Of a stretch of DNA of 64,000 nucleotides, positions 1 to 9,687 are shown piece by piece. The translations under genes and the position numbers were made by a program. Within the stretch, counting starts at the first letter, position 1, and every line of letters starts with the position of its first letter. Source of the stretch: Angustibacter luteus (GTDB taxonomy: Bacteria; Actinomycetota; Actinomycetes; Actinomycetales; Angustibacteraceae); NCBI RefSeq assembly GCF_039541115.1, contig NZ_BAABFP010000005.1:1-64000 (forward strand), given 5' to 3'. Below the pieces are notes generated by a model that had not been told where the DNA came from, made no database searches, and worked only from the letters and a program-made list of their open reading frames with translations.

Positions 1-1
1 G

Positions 2-2575
2 GCGGCACCCGCGGCGCCGACCCCGGCGCCGCCCGTCCCGGCTCCGGTCGCGCCCGCGGCCGAGCAGGCGCCAGCCGCCCCGGCAGCGCCGGCAGCGGCT
101 GTGGAGGCGCCGGCTACTCCGTCGGCCCGTCCGTCCGCTCGTCCCGGTCCGGCCGCGCCCAGCGCCCCGGCTGCTGAGTCCGCTCCGGCGGCCCCTGCCG
201 CCCGGGCCGAGGGCGGCGGTCGCCCCGGTGCGCCGCGTCCGGGGAACAACCCGTTCGCACCGAGCCAGGGCATGCCGCGACCCGGTGCGCCCCGGCCGGG
301 CAACAACCCGTTCGCGTCCGAGCAGGGCATGCCTCGCCCGCAGGGTGGGCCTCGGCCCGCGCCGCGGCCCGGCGGCTCGGCCGGTGCGGGCGGACCCCGC
401 CCGAACCCCGGCATGATGCCGGCTCGCCCGAGCCCGGCCGTCGGCCGTCCCGGTGCGGCCGGCCGTGGCGCGCCCGGCCGTGGTGGTCCCGGTGGGGCCC
501 CCGGCGGTCGTCCCGGCGGGGGCGGCGGCGGCGGTGGCTTCGCCGGTCGTCCCGGTGGCGGTGGCGGCGCGCCCGGTGGTGGCGGCGGTTTCGCCGGCCG
601 TCCCGGTGGCGGCGGCCGCGGCCCGGGTGGTCGTGGTGGCACGCAGGGCGCGTTCGGCCGCGGTGGTGGCCGTCCCGTGCGCGGACGCAAGAGCAAGCGC
701 GCGAAGCGTCAAGAGTTCGAGCAGATGCAGGCTCCGTCGCTCGGTGGCGTCACGGTTCCCCGCGGCGACGGCAAGACCGTCGTCCGGGTCCGTCGTGGCT
801 CCAGCCTGACCGACTTCGCCGACCGCATCGGTGCGAACCCGGCGTCCCTGGTGACGGTGCTGTTCCACCTCGGTGAGATGGCGACCGCGACGCAGTCGCT
901 CGACGAGGACACGTTCCGCGTGCTCGGCGCCGAGCTCGGCTACGACATCCAGGTCGTCTCGCCCGAGGACGAGGAGCGCGACCTGCTCGGCCAGTTCAAC
1001 ATCGACCTCGAGGCCGAGCTGGCCGACGAGGGCGACGAGGACCTGGTCGCCCGTCCGCCGGTCGTCACGGTCATGGGTCACGTCGACCACGGCAAGACGC
1101 GCCTGCTGGACGCCATCCGCTCCGCGGAGGTGGCCGAGGGCGAGGCCGGCGGCATCACCCAGCACATCGGTGCCTACCAGGTGCACACCGTGCACGAGGG
1201 CCAGGAGCGCGCCATCACCTTCATCGACACCCCGGGTCACGAGGCGTTCACCGCCATGCGTGCCCGTGGTGCGAAGGTCACCGACATCGCGGTGCTCGTG
1301 GTGGCGGCCGACGACGGTGTCATGCCGCAGACGATCGAGGCCCTCAACCACGCGCAGGCGGCCGACGTGCCGATCGTGGTGGCGGTCAACAAGATCGACA
1401 AGGAAGGCGCCAACCCGGACAAGATCCGCCAGCAGCTCACCGAGTACAACCTGGTGGCTGAGGAGTACGGCGGCGACACCATGTTCGTGAACGTGTCGGC
1501 CAAGCAGGGCGAGAACATCGACGGCCTGCTCGAGGCGGTGCTGCTCACCGCGGACGCCGCGCTCGACCTGCGCGCCAACCCCGACAAGGACGCTCGCGGC
1601 GTCGCGATCGAGGCCAACCTCGACCGTGGCCGTGGTGCGGTCGCGACGGTGCTGGTGCAGAGCGGCACGCTGCGGGTCGGTGACGGCATCGTCGCCGGCA
1701 GCGCCTACGGCCGCGTGCGCGCCATGCTCGACGAGCACGGCCAGAACGTGGAGGAGGCGGGTCCGTCCCGCCCGGTCCAGGTGCTCGGTCTCGCCTCGGT
1801 GCCGCGGGCGGGTGACACCTTCCTGGTGGCGCCCGACGACCGCACCGCCCGGCAGATCGCCGAGAAGCGCGAGGCGGCGGATCGCCAGGCCTCGCTGGCC
1901 AAGGCGCGCAAGCGGATCAGCCTGGAGGACCTCAACGAGGCGCTCGCGGCCGGCAAGGTCGAGACGCTGAACCTGATCCTCAAGGGCGACGTGTCCGGTT
2001 CGGTCGAGGCGCTCGAGGACGCGCTGCTGCAGATCGACGTCGGCGAAGAGGTCGACCTGCGGATCATCGACCGCGGGGTCGGCGCCATCACGCTGAACAA
2101 CATCAACCTGGCCATGGCCTCGGACGCGATCATCATCGGCTACAACGTCCGGGCCGAGGGTCAGAACGCTGACGTCGCGGACCGCGAGGGCGTGGAGATC
2201 CGGTACTACTCGGTGATCTACCAGGCGATCGACGAGGTCGAGGCGGCGCTCAAGGGCATGCTGAAGCCGGAGTACGAGGAGGTGCAGCTCGGTACCGCCG
2301 AGGTGCGCGAGATCTTCCGCTCCAGCAAGTTCGGCAACGTGGCCGGTTCGCTGGTCCGCTCGGGCGAGATCCGTCGCGGCGCCAAGGCGCGCATCCTGCG
2401 CAACGGCACCGTGGTGGCCGAGAGCGTCGAGATCGCCGGCCTGCGGCGCTTCAAGGACGACGTCACCGAGGTCCGCGACGGTTTCGAGTGCGGTATCAAC
2501 CTGGGCTCGTTCAACGACCTGCAGATCGAGGACGTGATCGAGACCTACGAGATGCGCGAGAAGCCGCGCAGCTGA
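2..2575 (+). CDS. infB: Translation initiation factor IF-2 (5'-truncated by window edge)
   Basis: [26 protein letters not shown] and NKID GTPase motifs; Pro/Gly-rich actinobacterial N-terminus with two PRPGNNPF repeats. Confidence 0.99.
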   Translation, partial: AAPAAPTPAPPVPAPVAPAAEQAPAAPAAPAAAVEAPATPSARPSARPGPAAPSAPAAESAPAAPAARAEGGGRPGAPRPGNNPFAPSQGMPRPGAPRPGNNPFASEQGMPRPQGGPRPAPRPGGSAGAGGPRPNPGMMPARPSPAVGRPGAAGRGAPGRGGPGGAPGGRPGGGGGGGGFAGRPGGGGGAPGGGGGFAGRPGGGGRGPGGRGGTQGAFGRGGGRPVRGRKSKRAKRQEFEQMQAPSLGGVTVPRGDGKTVVRVRRGSSLTDFADRIGANPASLVTVLFHLGEMATATQSLDEDTFRVLGAELGYDIQVVSPEDEERDLLGQFNIDLEAELADEGDEDLVARPPVVTVMGHVDHGKTRLLDAIRSAEVAEGEAGGITQHIGAYQVHTVHEGQERAITFIDTPGHEAFTAMRARGAKVTDIAVLVVAADDGVMPQTIEALNHAQAADVPIVVAVNKIDKEGANPDKIRQQLTEYNLVAEEYGGDTMFVNVSAKQGENIDGLLEAVLLTADAALDLRANPDKDARGVAIEANLDRGRGAVATVLVQSGTLRVGDGIVAGSAYGRVRAMLDEHGQNVEEAGPSRPVQVLGLASVPRAGDTFLVAPDDRTARQIAEKREAADRQASLAKARKRISLEDLNEALAAGKVETLNLILKGDVSGSVEALEDALLQIDVGEEVDLRIIDRGVGAITLNNINLAMASDAIIIGYNVRAEGQNADVADREGVEIRYYSVIYQAIDEVEAALKGMLKPEYEEVQLGTAEVREIFRSSKFGNVAGSLVRSGEIRRGAKARILRNGTVVAESVEIAGLRRFKDDVTEVRDGFECGINLGSFNDLQIEDVIETYEMREKPRS

Positions 2576-2587
2576 CCGCCGTCCGGC

Positions 2588-2626
2588 CCGGCGTGCCCCC
2601 TGCCTGCGGGTGGGCGGGCACGCCGG
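2588..2626 (+). terminator. GC-rich hairpin after infB
   Basis: CCGGCGTGCCC (2588-2598) / GGGCACGCCGG (2616-2626), perfect 11-bp stem; no U-tract. Confidence 0.5.
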
Positions 2627-2696
2627 AGCCGCGGCTCGCAGCAGGACGAGAAGGCCCCGTTTCCGTCGGGGCAGGAGCACACGAGGACGTGACGAG

Positions 2697-3152
2697 ATGA
2701 CCGACCACCCCCGCGCCCGCAAGATCGCCGACCGGATCAAGGTCATCGTCGCCGAGACGATCGAGCGTCGGATCAAGGACCCTCGCCTCGGGTTCGTCAC
2801 CGTCACCGACGTCCGCGTGACGGGTGACCTGCAGCACGCCTCGATCTTCTACACCGTGTTCGGTTCGGAGGAGGAGCGGGCGGGCACCGCTGCCGCGCTG
2901 GAGAGCGCCAAGGGCGTCATCCGCCGCGAGGTCGGTGCGGGTACCGGCCTGCGGCTCACCCCGAGCATCGAGTTCTTCGCGGACGCGATGCCGGAGAACG
3001 CCGCGCACATCGACGACCTGCTGCGGCAGGCCGCGGAGCACGACGCCGAGGTCGCGGCCCGGGCCAGCGGCCAGGTCTTCGCCGGCGAGGCCGACCCGTA
3101 CAAGAAGCCGCACGAGGACGACGACGAGGCCGACGCCGAGCAGACGCCGTAA
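2697..3152 (+). CDS. rbfA: Ribosome-binding factor A
   Basis: [23 protein letters not shown] and LRLTPSIEF motifs; follows infB; ATG at 2697. Confidence 0.97.
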   Translation: MTDHPRARKIADRIKVIVAETIERRIKDPRLGFVTVTDVRVTGDLQHASIFYTVFGSEEERAGTAAALESAKGVIRREVGAGTGLRLTPSIEFFADAMPENAAHIDDLLRQAAEHDAEVAARASGQVFAGEADPYKKPHEDDDEADAEQTP

Positions 3153-3195
3153 CGTCCGAGTGGATGGCTGCTGTGACAGCCATCCATTCGGACGT
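3152..3195. terminator. Long hairpin between convergent rbfA and MFS genes (bidirectional terminator or REP-like)
   Basis: ACGTCCGAGTGGATGGCTG-ctgtga-CAGCCATCCATTCGGACGT, 19-bp stem with one G-U pair. Confidence 0.7.
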
Positions 3196-3214
3196 CAGCG
3201 GGTTCGCCGGACGG

Positions 3215-4678
3215 TCAGCCGACCGGCGCTGCCTCCGCCAGCAGCACCTCGACCGGCTCGCTCGAGCTGCGCGGGGAGCGGCGGGGCAGCCAGCGGGCCG
3301 CGACGGCGCCCACCGCCACGACAGCCGCGCCGGTCAGGATGGCCGGCCGCAGCGCGTCGGTGTAGCCCTCCGGCGTGATCGTGCCGCCGGCGCCCTCGAA
3401 CACCGCGACCAGCACCGCGACCCCGAGCGCCACGCCGATCTCGCGGATGGTCGCGTTGGTCGAGCTCGCGGTGGCGTGGTCGTCGTCGGCCATGTCGGCC
3501 AGCACGGCCGTGGAGCTGGGCGCGAACGTCAGGCCCATGCCGATCCCGGCCAGCGCAAACGCCGGCACCAGCTCCGCGTAGGTGCCGCTGGGGGTGGTGA
3601 CCAGGGCGATCCAGGCGAGCGCAACGGCCTGCAGGGTGAGCCCGACCGAGAGCAGGGCTCGGACGCCGACCCGTGGGGCGAGCAGCCCGGCCACCGGTGC
3701 GACCAGCATCGGGGCCGCCGTCCAGGGCAGGGTCCGTACGCCGGCCTCGAGGGGGGAGTACCCGTCGACGACCTGCAGGTACTGCACCAGCAGGAAGACG
3801 GAGCCGAACATGCCCATCGAGAACGCGAACCCGGCGATGTTGGCGATCGAGAAGCTGCGCGAACGGAAGAGCCGCAGCGGGATCAGGGGGTACGCCGTCC
3901 GGCTCTCCCGGACGAGAAAGGCGACGAGCAGCACGGCGCTGGCGGCCAGGGCGACCAGCACGCGGGTCGACGTCCAGCCGTCGATGTTGCCTCGGGTGAT
4001 ACCCCAGACGCCGCTGAAGACGCCGGCCCCCACGAGGGCCAGGCCGGACACGTCCAGCGGGTCGCGGCGGCCGTAGCTCTCGGGCAGGGCCCGCAGGATG
4101 AAGGGGACGGCGACGAGCGCGATCGGGACGTTGATCCAGAAGATCGCCTGCCACGAGACACCCTCGACGACGGCGCCGCCGATCAGTGGGCCGAGCGCGA
4201 CGCCGAGACCGGCGACGCCGCCCCAGACGCCGATGGCCATCGCCCGCTTGGCCGGCGGCACCGCCGCGGCGAGCAGGGTCAGCGACAGCGGCATGATGGC
4301 GGCGCCGCCGACTCCCTGCAGCGCGCGGGAGGCGATCAGCATCGCCGGGGTGGTGGCCAGGGCCGAGGCGATCGAGGCGAGGGTGAACAGGCTGATCCCC
4401 GCCACGAAGATCCGGCGACGGCCGAACCGGTCACCGAGCGTGGAGGCGCCGAGCATCAGCGTGGCGAAGGTGAGCGTGTAGGCGTTCACGAACCACTGGA
4501 GCTGCTCGACGCTGGCGCCGAGATCCGTCCGGATCACCGGGAGCGCGTTGGTGATGACCAGGTTGTCCAGGGTGGCCATGAACATCGGCAGGGACGCCGC
4601 GAGCAGTGCGAGAGCGAGCGGAACGCGTCGGGTCGAGCCGGACGACGTCCGGGCTTGCCCCAGAGTGTCGGATGTCAT
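3215..4678 (-). CDS. DHA2/EmrB-QacA family MFS efflux transporter
   Basis: FMATLDNLVITNALP, GDRFGRRR, WQAIFWINVPI motifs; about 14 hydrophobic segments; AAGGAG RBS before ATG 4678. Confidence 0.93.
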   Translation of the reverse strand: MTSDTLGQARTSSGSTRRVPLALALLAASLPMFMATLDNLVITNALPVIRTDLGASVEQLQWFVNAYTLTFATLMLGASTLGDRFGRRRIFVAGISLFTLASIASALATTPAMLIASRALQGVGGAAIMPLSLTLLAAAVPPAKRAMAIGVWGGVAGLGVALGPLIGGAVVEGVSWQAIFWINVPIALVAVPFILRALPESYGRRDPLDVSGLALVGAGVFSGVWGITRGNIDGWTSTRVLVALAASAVLLVAFLVRESRTAYPLIPLRLFRSRSFSIANIAGFAFSMGMFGSVFLLVQYLQVVDGYSPLEAGVRTLPWTAAPMLVAPVAGLLAPRVGVRALLSVGLTLQAVALAWIALVTTPSGTYAELVPAFALAGIGMGLTFAPSSTAVLADMADDDHATASSTNATIREIGVALGVAVLVAVFEGAGGTITPEGYTDALRPAILTGAAVVAVGAVAARWLPRRSPRSSSEPVEVLLAEAAPVG

Positions 4679-4689
4679 CGGAACTCCTT

Positions 4690-4746
4690 GTAAGCATTGA
4701 TTGATTACTAAGCGACGACAGTAGGCATCGACTGATAACATGTCAA
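4690..4746. promoter_or_regulatory. Divergent MFS/TetR promoters with two TetR-type operators
   Basis: Imperfect palindromes GTAAGCATTGATTGATTAC (4690-4708) and GTAGGCATCGACTGATAAC (4721-4739); minus-strand TTGACA-N17-TACTGT; plus-strand -10 TAACAT 7 nt before ATG 4749. Confidence 0.75.
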
Positions 4747-4748
4747 CC

Positions 4749-5345
4749 ATGAATTCCACGGAGATGTCAGCGGCGCCCCGACGGATGTCCGGCGAGCAGC
4801 GGCGGGACCAGATCCTGAAGGCGGCGCTCGGTGCGTTCGCCGCCGGTGGCTACGCCGGCACCAGCACCGACCAGGTGGCCCGCGCGGCGGGGGTCTCCCA
4901 GCCCTACGTCGTCCGGCTCTTCGGCTCCAAGCAGGAGCTGTTCGCCCAGGTGTACGAGCACGCGAGCAAGCGGGTCATCGACGCGCTCGCCGCGGTCCCC
5001 GCCGGCCCGGACGCCAAGCACGAGATGGGCGAGGCCTACGTGCGGCTGCTGGCCGACCGCGACCTGCTGCTGGTGATCATGCACGGCTTCATCGCGGGCG
5101 CCGACCCCAAGGTCGGGCACATCGCCCGCTTCACGCTGGCCGAGGCGTTCCGGCTGCACCGCGAACGCACCGGCGCCAGTGCTGACGACGCCCGGATGTT
5201 CGTCGCCCACGGCATGCTGATCAACGTGCTGATGGCCAGTGGCGCCCCGCTGCACCTGGGCGAGGACCCCGACCTCGACGCGCTCACCGAGTGCACGTTC
5301 GGCGCGGCGATGAGCGACGTGGCGGCGCTCGCCGCGGGCGCGTGA
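4749..5345 (+). CDS. TetR/AcrR family transcriptional regulator
   Basis: HTH GYAGTSTDQVARAAGVSQPYVVRLFGSKQEL; divergent from MFS; alternative start 4740. Confidence 0.93.
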   Translation: MNSTEMSAAPRRMSGEQRRDQILKAALGAFAAGGYAGTSTDQVARAAGVSQPYVVRLFGSKQELFAQVYEHASKRVIDALAAVPAGPDAKHEMGEAYVRLLADRDLLLVIMHGFIAGADPKVGHIARFTLAEAFRLHRERTGASADDARMFVAHGMLINVLMASGAPLHLGEDPDLDALTECTFGAAMSDVAALAAGA

Positions 5346-6289
5346 GCTCGCCCCCGGGGCGGACGGACGCGCCGCCTCGCCGACCGACCGCGCCGGACGG
5401 TCTGGTGGTCGTCGACAAGCCGGCCGGCTGGACGAGCCACGACGTGGTCGCCCGGATGCGCCGGCTGGCGGGCACCCGCAAGGTCGGCCACGCGGGCACG
5501 CTCGACCCGATGGCCACCGGCGTGCTCGTCGTCGGGGTCGGCCGCGCCACCCGGCTGCTGACCTACCTGGTCGGCGCCGACAAGACCTACACCGCGACGA
5601 TCCGGCTCGGCGTCACGACGGTCACGGACGACGCCGAGGGCGACGCGACGTCCCGGTTGGATGCCGGGGGGCTGACCCGCGCGGACGTCGACCCCGCGGT
5701 GCGGGCGCTCACCGGAGCAATCGATCAGGTGCCGAGCGCGGTCAGTGCGATCAAGGTCGACGGCCAGCGCTCGTACGCCCGGGTGCGCTCCGGGGAGCAG
5801 GTCGAGCTCGCGGCCCGGCCGGTCACCGTGCACCGGTTCGACGTGCTCGACGTGCGGCCCGGGGTGGACGAGAGCGCCGACGACGCACTGGCCGTGCTGG
5901 ACCTGGACGTCGAGGTCGAGGTCTCGTCCGGCACCTACGTGCGCGCGCTGGCCCGCGATCTCGGTGCGGCATTGGGGGTCGGCGGGCACCTGACCGCACT
6001 GCGCCGCACCGCGGTCGGGCCGTACGCGATCGGCTCGGCCCGGACGCTGGAGCAGCTCGAGGAGCGGCTCGATGTCCTGCTGCTGGCCGACGCCGCCCGG
6101 GCCGCCTTCACCAGCCGCGAGCTGTCCGAGGCCGACGTCCGGACGCTGCGGTACGGCCAGCGCGTCCCGGCCAGCCCGACGGACGACGTCCCCGTCGCCG
6201 CGTTCGGACCGGACGGCTCGCTCGTCGCCCTGCTCGAGAACCGCGGGGACAGCGCGCGGTCGCTGCTCGTCGTCCCGCCCATCGACTGA
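5342..6289 (+). CDS. truB: tRNA pseudouridine(55) synthase
   Basis: VDKPAGWTSHDVV, GHAGTLDPMATG, SSGTYVRALARD; GTG overlaps TetR stop (GTGA). Confidence 0.97.
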   Translation: MSSPPGRTDAPPRRPTAPDGLVVVDKPAGWTSHDVVARMRRLAGTRKVGHAGTLDPMATGVLVVGVGRATRLLTYLVGADKTYTATIRLGVTTVTDDAEGDATSRLDAGGLTRADVDPAVRALTGAIDQVPSAVSAIKVDGQRSYARVRSGEQVELAARPVTVHRFDVLDVRPGVDESADDALAVLDLDVEVEVSSGTYVRALARDLGAALGVGGHLTALRRTAVGPYAIGSARTLEQLEERLDVLLLADAARAAFTSRELSEADVRTLRYGQRVPASPTDDVPVAAFGPDGSLVALLENRGDSARSLLVVPPID

Positions 6290-6323
6290 CCCGCCCGCCG
6301 ACTGACCTGGCGTCCGTCCGGCG

Positions 6324-7652
6324 CTAGTGAGCCAGCAACGGGGGAGCGGCGAGCTGGGCGAGCTGGAGCGCCTGCGCCGGGAACCAGTCGCCGGCGGCGG
6401 GGTCCGTGATGCCGCCCCACTCGGGGTCGGTGGTGGCGCCCGCGACGCCACGGTTGCACTGCCCGTCGGACTGGCCCGGGGTCTTGATCCAGAGCTTGGC
6501 GTCCAGCAGCGGGTTGCCGGTGACGGTGGTGGGGCGGTCGCCGAGGCCGCGTCCGGGCGGGTTGCACCAGTCCTGGGCGTCCGGGTACGCGACGGCGGGC
6601 TGCCACGGTCCCTGGCCGTTACGGCTCGTGTCCACCACGAAGTGCGCGGTCGGCGCGGTGCTGCCGAGCATCGAGGCGTACCGCTCGTTGACCCCGAGGG
6701 TGTTCAGGTCGGCCGCGCTGGCGGTGTCGCTCCACACGCCGTAGTTGTTCAGCGCGACGCCGTTCCACCCGTTGCTCGGACCGCCGTTCCAGTACTGGTT
6801 CGGGCAGCCGTTGTAGTCGCCCACGTTGACGCTGGTGGCGTACGCCAGGCACTGCGAGACCCAGGTGCCGTACTGCGACAGGTTCGGCGTGTACTGGTAG
6901 TTCGAGGCGTTCACGAAGAACCCGGCCGCACGCTGGACCCCGGCCTTGACCAGCCGGTCGGCCGACTCGCCGACGTTCTGCCAGGCGGTGTGCGTGGCGT
7001 CCAGGTACACCGAGACCTGCGGGTGCGAGGTCAACGTGTCCACGGCGTGGTTGAGCTGGTCGAACCGGTTCTGCGGGGTCGGCGCGCCGTCGGCCGGCGC
7101 GCCCGGCGGGGTGGCCAGGGTGCAGTTCGAGCTGCCGTCGAGCGCCGAGACGTAGTTCGGGATCAGGCCGAGGCCGTCGGGCTCGAGGACGACGGTTGCC
7201 CGCCGGTCGCCGATCCCGGCGGCGAACGCGTCGATCCACGCGTCGTACGCCGCGGTCCCGGCCGCACCGCCCGCGGAGTACTGACCGCAGTCCCGGTAGG
7301 GCAGGTTGTAGGCGACCAGGGTCGGCACAGCGCGCTGCAGCGCGGCGCCGGCCATCGTCTTGCGCACCGCCGCGCGGACCTGCGCCGGCGTGCCCTTGGT
7401 GAACCAGACCGCCTGCGGCGTGGTGACCTCCTTGAGCACCAGCGCGGCGTCCCGGAGGCGACCGCGGGGCGCCAAGGTGGCGACCTGGGTGAGCGAACCG
7501 TCCGGCGGTGGCGGCACGTAGAGCCGGGAGCTGCTCGGGTGGGACGAGCCGCCGCTGCTCCGCTCGCTGCCCTCGGCTGCGGGCGCGGTGAACGCCAGCA
7601 GCACGAGCGCGACGATCAGGACGAGGGTGGCGCGGGCGGGCGTCCGGGACAT
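6324..7652 (-). CDS. Secreted glycoside hydrolase family 6 (cellulase), no CBM visible
   Basis: YNLPYRDC, EPDG, DTSRNG, WCNPPGRGLG and WIKTPGQSDG motifs; signal peptide; AAGGAG RBS before ATG 7652. Confidence 0.92.
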   Translation of the reverse strand: MSRTPARATLVLIVALVLLAFTAPAAEGSERSSGGSSHPSSSRLYVPPPPDGSLTQVATLAPRGRLRDAALVLKEVTTPQAVWFTKGTPAQVRAAVRKTMAGAALQRAVPTLVAYNLPYRDCGQYSAGGAAGTAAYDAWIDAFAAGIGDRRATVVLEPDGLGLIPNYVSALDGSSNCTLATPPGAPADGAPTPQNRFDQLNHAVDTLTSHPQVSVYLDATHTAWQNVGESADRLVKAGVQRAAGFFVNASNYQYTPNLSQYGTWVSQCLAYATSVNVGDYNGCPNQYWNGGPSNGWNGVALNNYGVWSDTASAADLNTLGVNERYASMLGSTAPTAHFVVDTSRNGQGPWQPAVAYPDAQDWCNPPGRGLGDRPTTVTGNPLLDAKLWIKTPGQSDGQCNRGVAGATTDPEWGGITDPAAGDWFPAQALQLAQLAAPPLLAH

Positions 7653-7701
7653 GGCACTCCTTGCGTCGTTGCGAGGAGGGACGGCTCTCGGCTGGATGGT
7701 G

Positions 7702-7715
7702 TGAGAGCGCTCCCA
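7702..7715. promoter_or_regulatory. CebR/CelR operator (cellobiose-responsive)
   Basis: TGGGAGCGCTCTCA on the minus strand, one mismatch to TGGGAGCGCTCCCA, 50 bp upstream of GH6. Confidence 0.8.
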
Positions 7716-7873
7716 CGGCCGCCACCATCCCGCCGGAACCGACCCGTTGTCAACGGTTTGGGACGGCTTGCCCGTCTCGCGCGGCCAGTTGGTCGAGGGT
7801 TGCTGCCGCTTCTCGAGGGTCGTTCGCCTCGGGAAGCGGGTCTGCACCCACTGAACGTGATCAACGCGGGGAG

Positions 7874-7915
7874 TTGACAGGCGATGTAGTGCCGATATAT
7901 CGTCAACGCATCGCC
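7874..7915 (+). promoter_or_regulatory. PadR promoter with overlapping 36-bp dyad
   Basis: TTGACA(7874)-N18-TATCGT; dyad GGCGATG-N6-CGATATATCG-N6-CATCGCC (7880-7915). Confidence 0.65.
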
Positions 7916-7979
7916 ACCCAGTCGGTAGATGGTCCCGAACCAAGCGGACCGCCCGAGGGTGGCAGCAAGGAGAACCACC

Positions 7980-8753
7980 ATGAGCACCACACAGACGCAG
8001 CCCGGCCGTGACGGCCGGCAGCACGAGAAGCACGAGAAGCACGAGCACGACCACAGCGAGCACCACCGCGGCCACCACTTCGGGCGTCGCGGCGAGCGCC
8101 GTCCCGACTGGAGGATGGGTGAGGGCGATGACCTGGACGACGGCCGTGAGAGTCGCCGTCGCGGCCCGCGCGGTCGCGGCGGCCAGGGCGGCGGACGCGG
8201 CTTCGGTCCCGGTTTCGGGCCAGGCTTCGGTCCCGGCCCTGGTGGGTTCGGCCCCGGCGGTCCGCGGGAGCGCGGTCGCGGTCGACGCGGTGGGCGCGGA
8301 GGTCGCGGCGACGTCCGCGCGGCCATCCTGACCCTGCTGGCCGAGCAGCCGATGCACGGCTACCAGCTGATCCAGCAGATCACCGAGCGCAGCGGCGGGG
8401 TCTGGACGCCGAGCCCCGGCTCGGTCTACCCGGCGCTGTCCCAGCTGGAGGACGAGGGCCTGGTCACGTTCGAGCGGGTCGACGGTCGCAAGACCGCCAG
8501 CCTGACCGAGGCCGGTCGCGAGCACGTCGAGCAGCACGCGGCCGAGCTGGGATCGCCGTGGGACGACGTCAGCGGCGGCGTGAGCAGCCAGGCCCGTGAC
8601 CTGATGGGTGAGATCGGTGCCCTGATGGGCGCCGCCCGGCAGGTCGCGCACGTCGGCACGCAGGCTCAGGTCGCCCAGGCCGCAACGGTTCTGGCCGATG
8701 CGCGACGGTCCCTCTACCGGATCCTCGCGGACGAGCCGCAGGGCGACGCCTGA
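7980..8753 (+). CDS. PadR family regulator with His-rich and Gly/Arg-rich N-terminal extension
   Basis: GDVRAAILTLLAEQPMHGYQLI...WTPSPGSVYPALSQLEDEGLV; AAGGAG RBS. Confidence 0.93.
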   Translation: MSTTQTQPGRDGRQHEKHEKHEHDHSEHHRGHHFGRRGERRPDWRMGEGDDLDDGRESRRRGPRGRGGQGGGRGFGPGFGPGFGPGPGGFGPGGPRERGRGRRGGRGGRGDVRAAILTLLAEQPMHGYQLIQQITERSGGVWTPSPGSVYPALSQLEDEGLVTFERVDGRKTASLTEAGREHVEQHAAELGSPWDDVSGGVSSQARDLMGEIGALMGAARQVAHVGTQAQVAQAATVLADARRSLYRILADEPQGDA

Positions 8754-8760
8754 CGTAGCC

Positions 8761-8786
8761 GCACCAGCACCAGCACCAGCACCAGC
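8761..8786. repeat. 6-bp tandem repeat (GCACCA)x4
   Basis: gcaccagcaccagcaccagcaccagc between convergent padR and tipA. Confidence 0.8.
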
Positions 8787-8804
8787 GCCGGCCGCCGCGG
8801 GGGC

Positions 8805-9581
8805 TCACCCCTCGCGGCGGTCGGCGTTCGCGTGCACGGCGTCGTGCACGTACTGGGCGAGCCCGGTGGCGACGTCCTCGTAGTGCCTCGTGAAGCGAGG
8901 GTCCGCCAGGTACAGGTCCGCGAGCCCGCGGTGCATCGTCGGCGAGCAGTCGTAGAACCGCTCGATGCCCCGGCGGTGCCGCTCGGCCAGGTCCAGGGCG
9001 CGTTCGTCGGTCGCGGGGACGCCGTCGCGCATCGCCTGGGCGAGCTCGGCCTCGAGTGCCTCGGTCTCGGCCCTGATCGCCAGCCAGTCCTGCTTGCTCC
9101 AGCGCGCGGTGCGGCGCCGGCTCTGCCGCCAGGCGTCCGTGTCACCCCACCGTTCCTCGGCCTCGGCCGCGAGCTCCTCGCCTCGCCATCCCTCGCCGAA
9201 GACCTCCAGCTGCTCGCTCGGGGTCAGGTTGATGCCCATCTGCTCCGCCTCCAACATCTTCTCCAGGTGGGACAGCACGTTCTCGAGGCGACCGATCCGG
9301 TCCCGCACGAGGCGGTGCTGCTCGCGCAGGTGGGACGCGGGGTCCGCCTGCGGGTCGTCGAGGAGCGCGGCGATCTGGTCCAGCCCGAAGCCGAGCTCCC
9401 GGTAGGCCAGCACGTCGTGCAGCCGCGCCAGGTCGCCGTCGTCGTAGAGCCGGTAGCCCGCTGCGGTGCGTCCGCTGGGGCGCAGCAGCCCGATCTGGTC
9501 GTAGTGGTGCAGGGTGCGCACGCTGACCCCGGCCATCGCGGCCACCTCACCCACGGCGTGCTCGACGCTCTCGTCGCCCAC
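8805..9581 (-). CDS. tipA: MerR family regulator TipAL, with probable internal-start TipAS (8805-9239)
   Basis: MerR HTH VGEVAAMAGVSVRTLHHYDQIGLL; TipAS domain starting MGINLTP; GGAGG RBS before both GTG 9581 and ATG 9239. Confidence 0.88.
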   Translation of the reverse strand: MGDESVEHAVGEVAAMAGVSVRTLHHYDQIGLLRPSGRTAAGYRLYDDGDLARLHDVLAYRELGFGLDQIAALLDDPQADPASHLREQHRLVRDRIGRLENVLSHLEKMLEAEQMGINLTPSEQLEVFGEGWRGEELAAEAEERWGDTDAWRQSRRRTARWSKQDWLAIRAETEALEAELAQAMRDGVPATDERALDLAERHRRGIERFYDCSPTMHRGLADLYLADPRFTRHYEDVATGLAQYVHDAVHANADRREG

Positions 9582-9607
9582 GACGGCCTCCCTTCCTCGA
9601 CCTGCTG

Positions 9608-9638
9608 AGCGTGCCGCCTCACGTCGCGTCAGGGTCAA
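9608..9638 (-). promoter_or_regulatory. tipA-type MerR promoter (19-bp spacer)
   Basis: TTGACC-N19-CACGCT containing the dyad CCTGACGC-G-ACGTGAGG. Confidence 0.8.
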
Positions 9639-9687
9639 GCCGAAATTCTCGGTGCGCAACGGCGACCGCGGCCAGTACGGTGCCGCG

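Noticed and set aside
217..330. Duplicated PRPGNNPF and [10 protein letters not shown] segments in IF-2
   Set aside because: Ordinary low-complexity features of actinobacterial IF-2 N-termini
7653..8651. Apparent 333-aa N-terminal extension of GH6
   Set aside because: Antisense to padR; the real signal peptide, RBS and CebR box all fit a start at 7652
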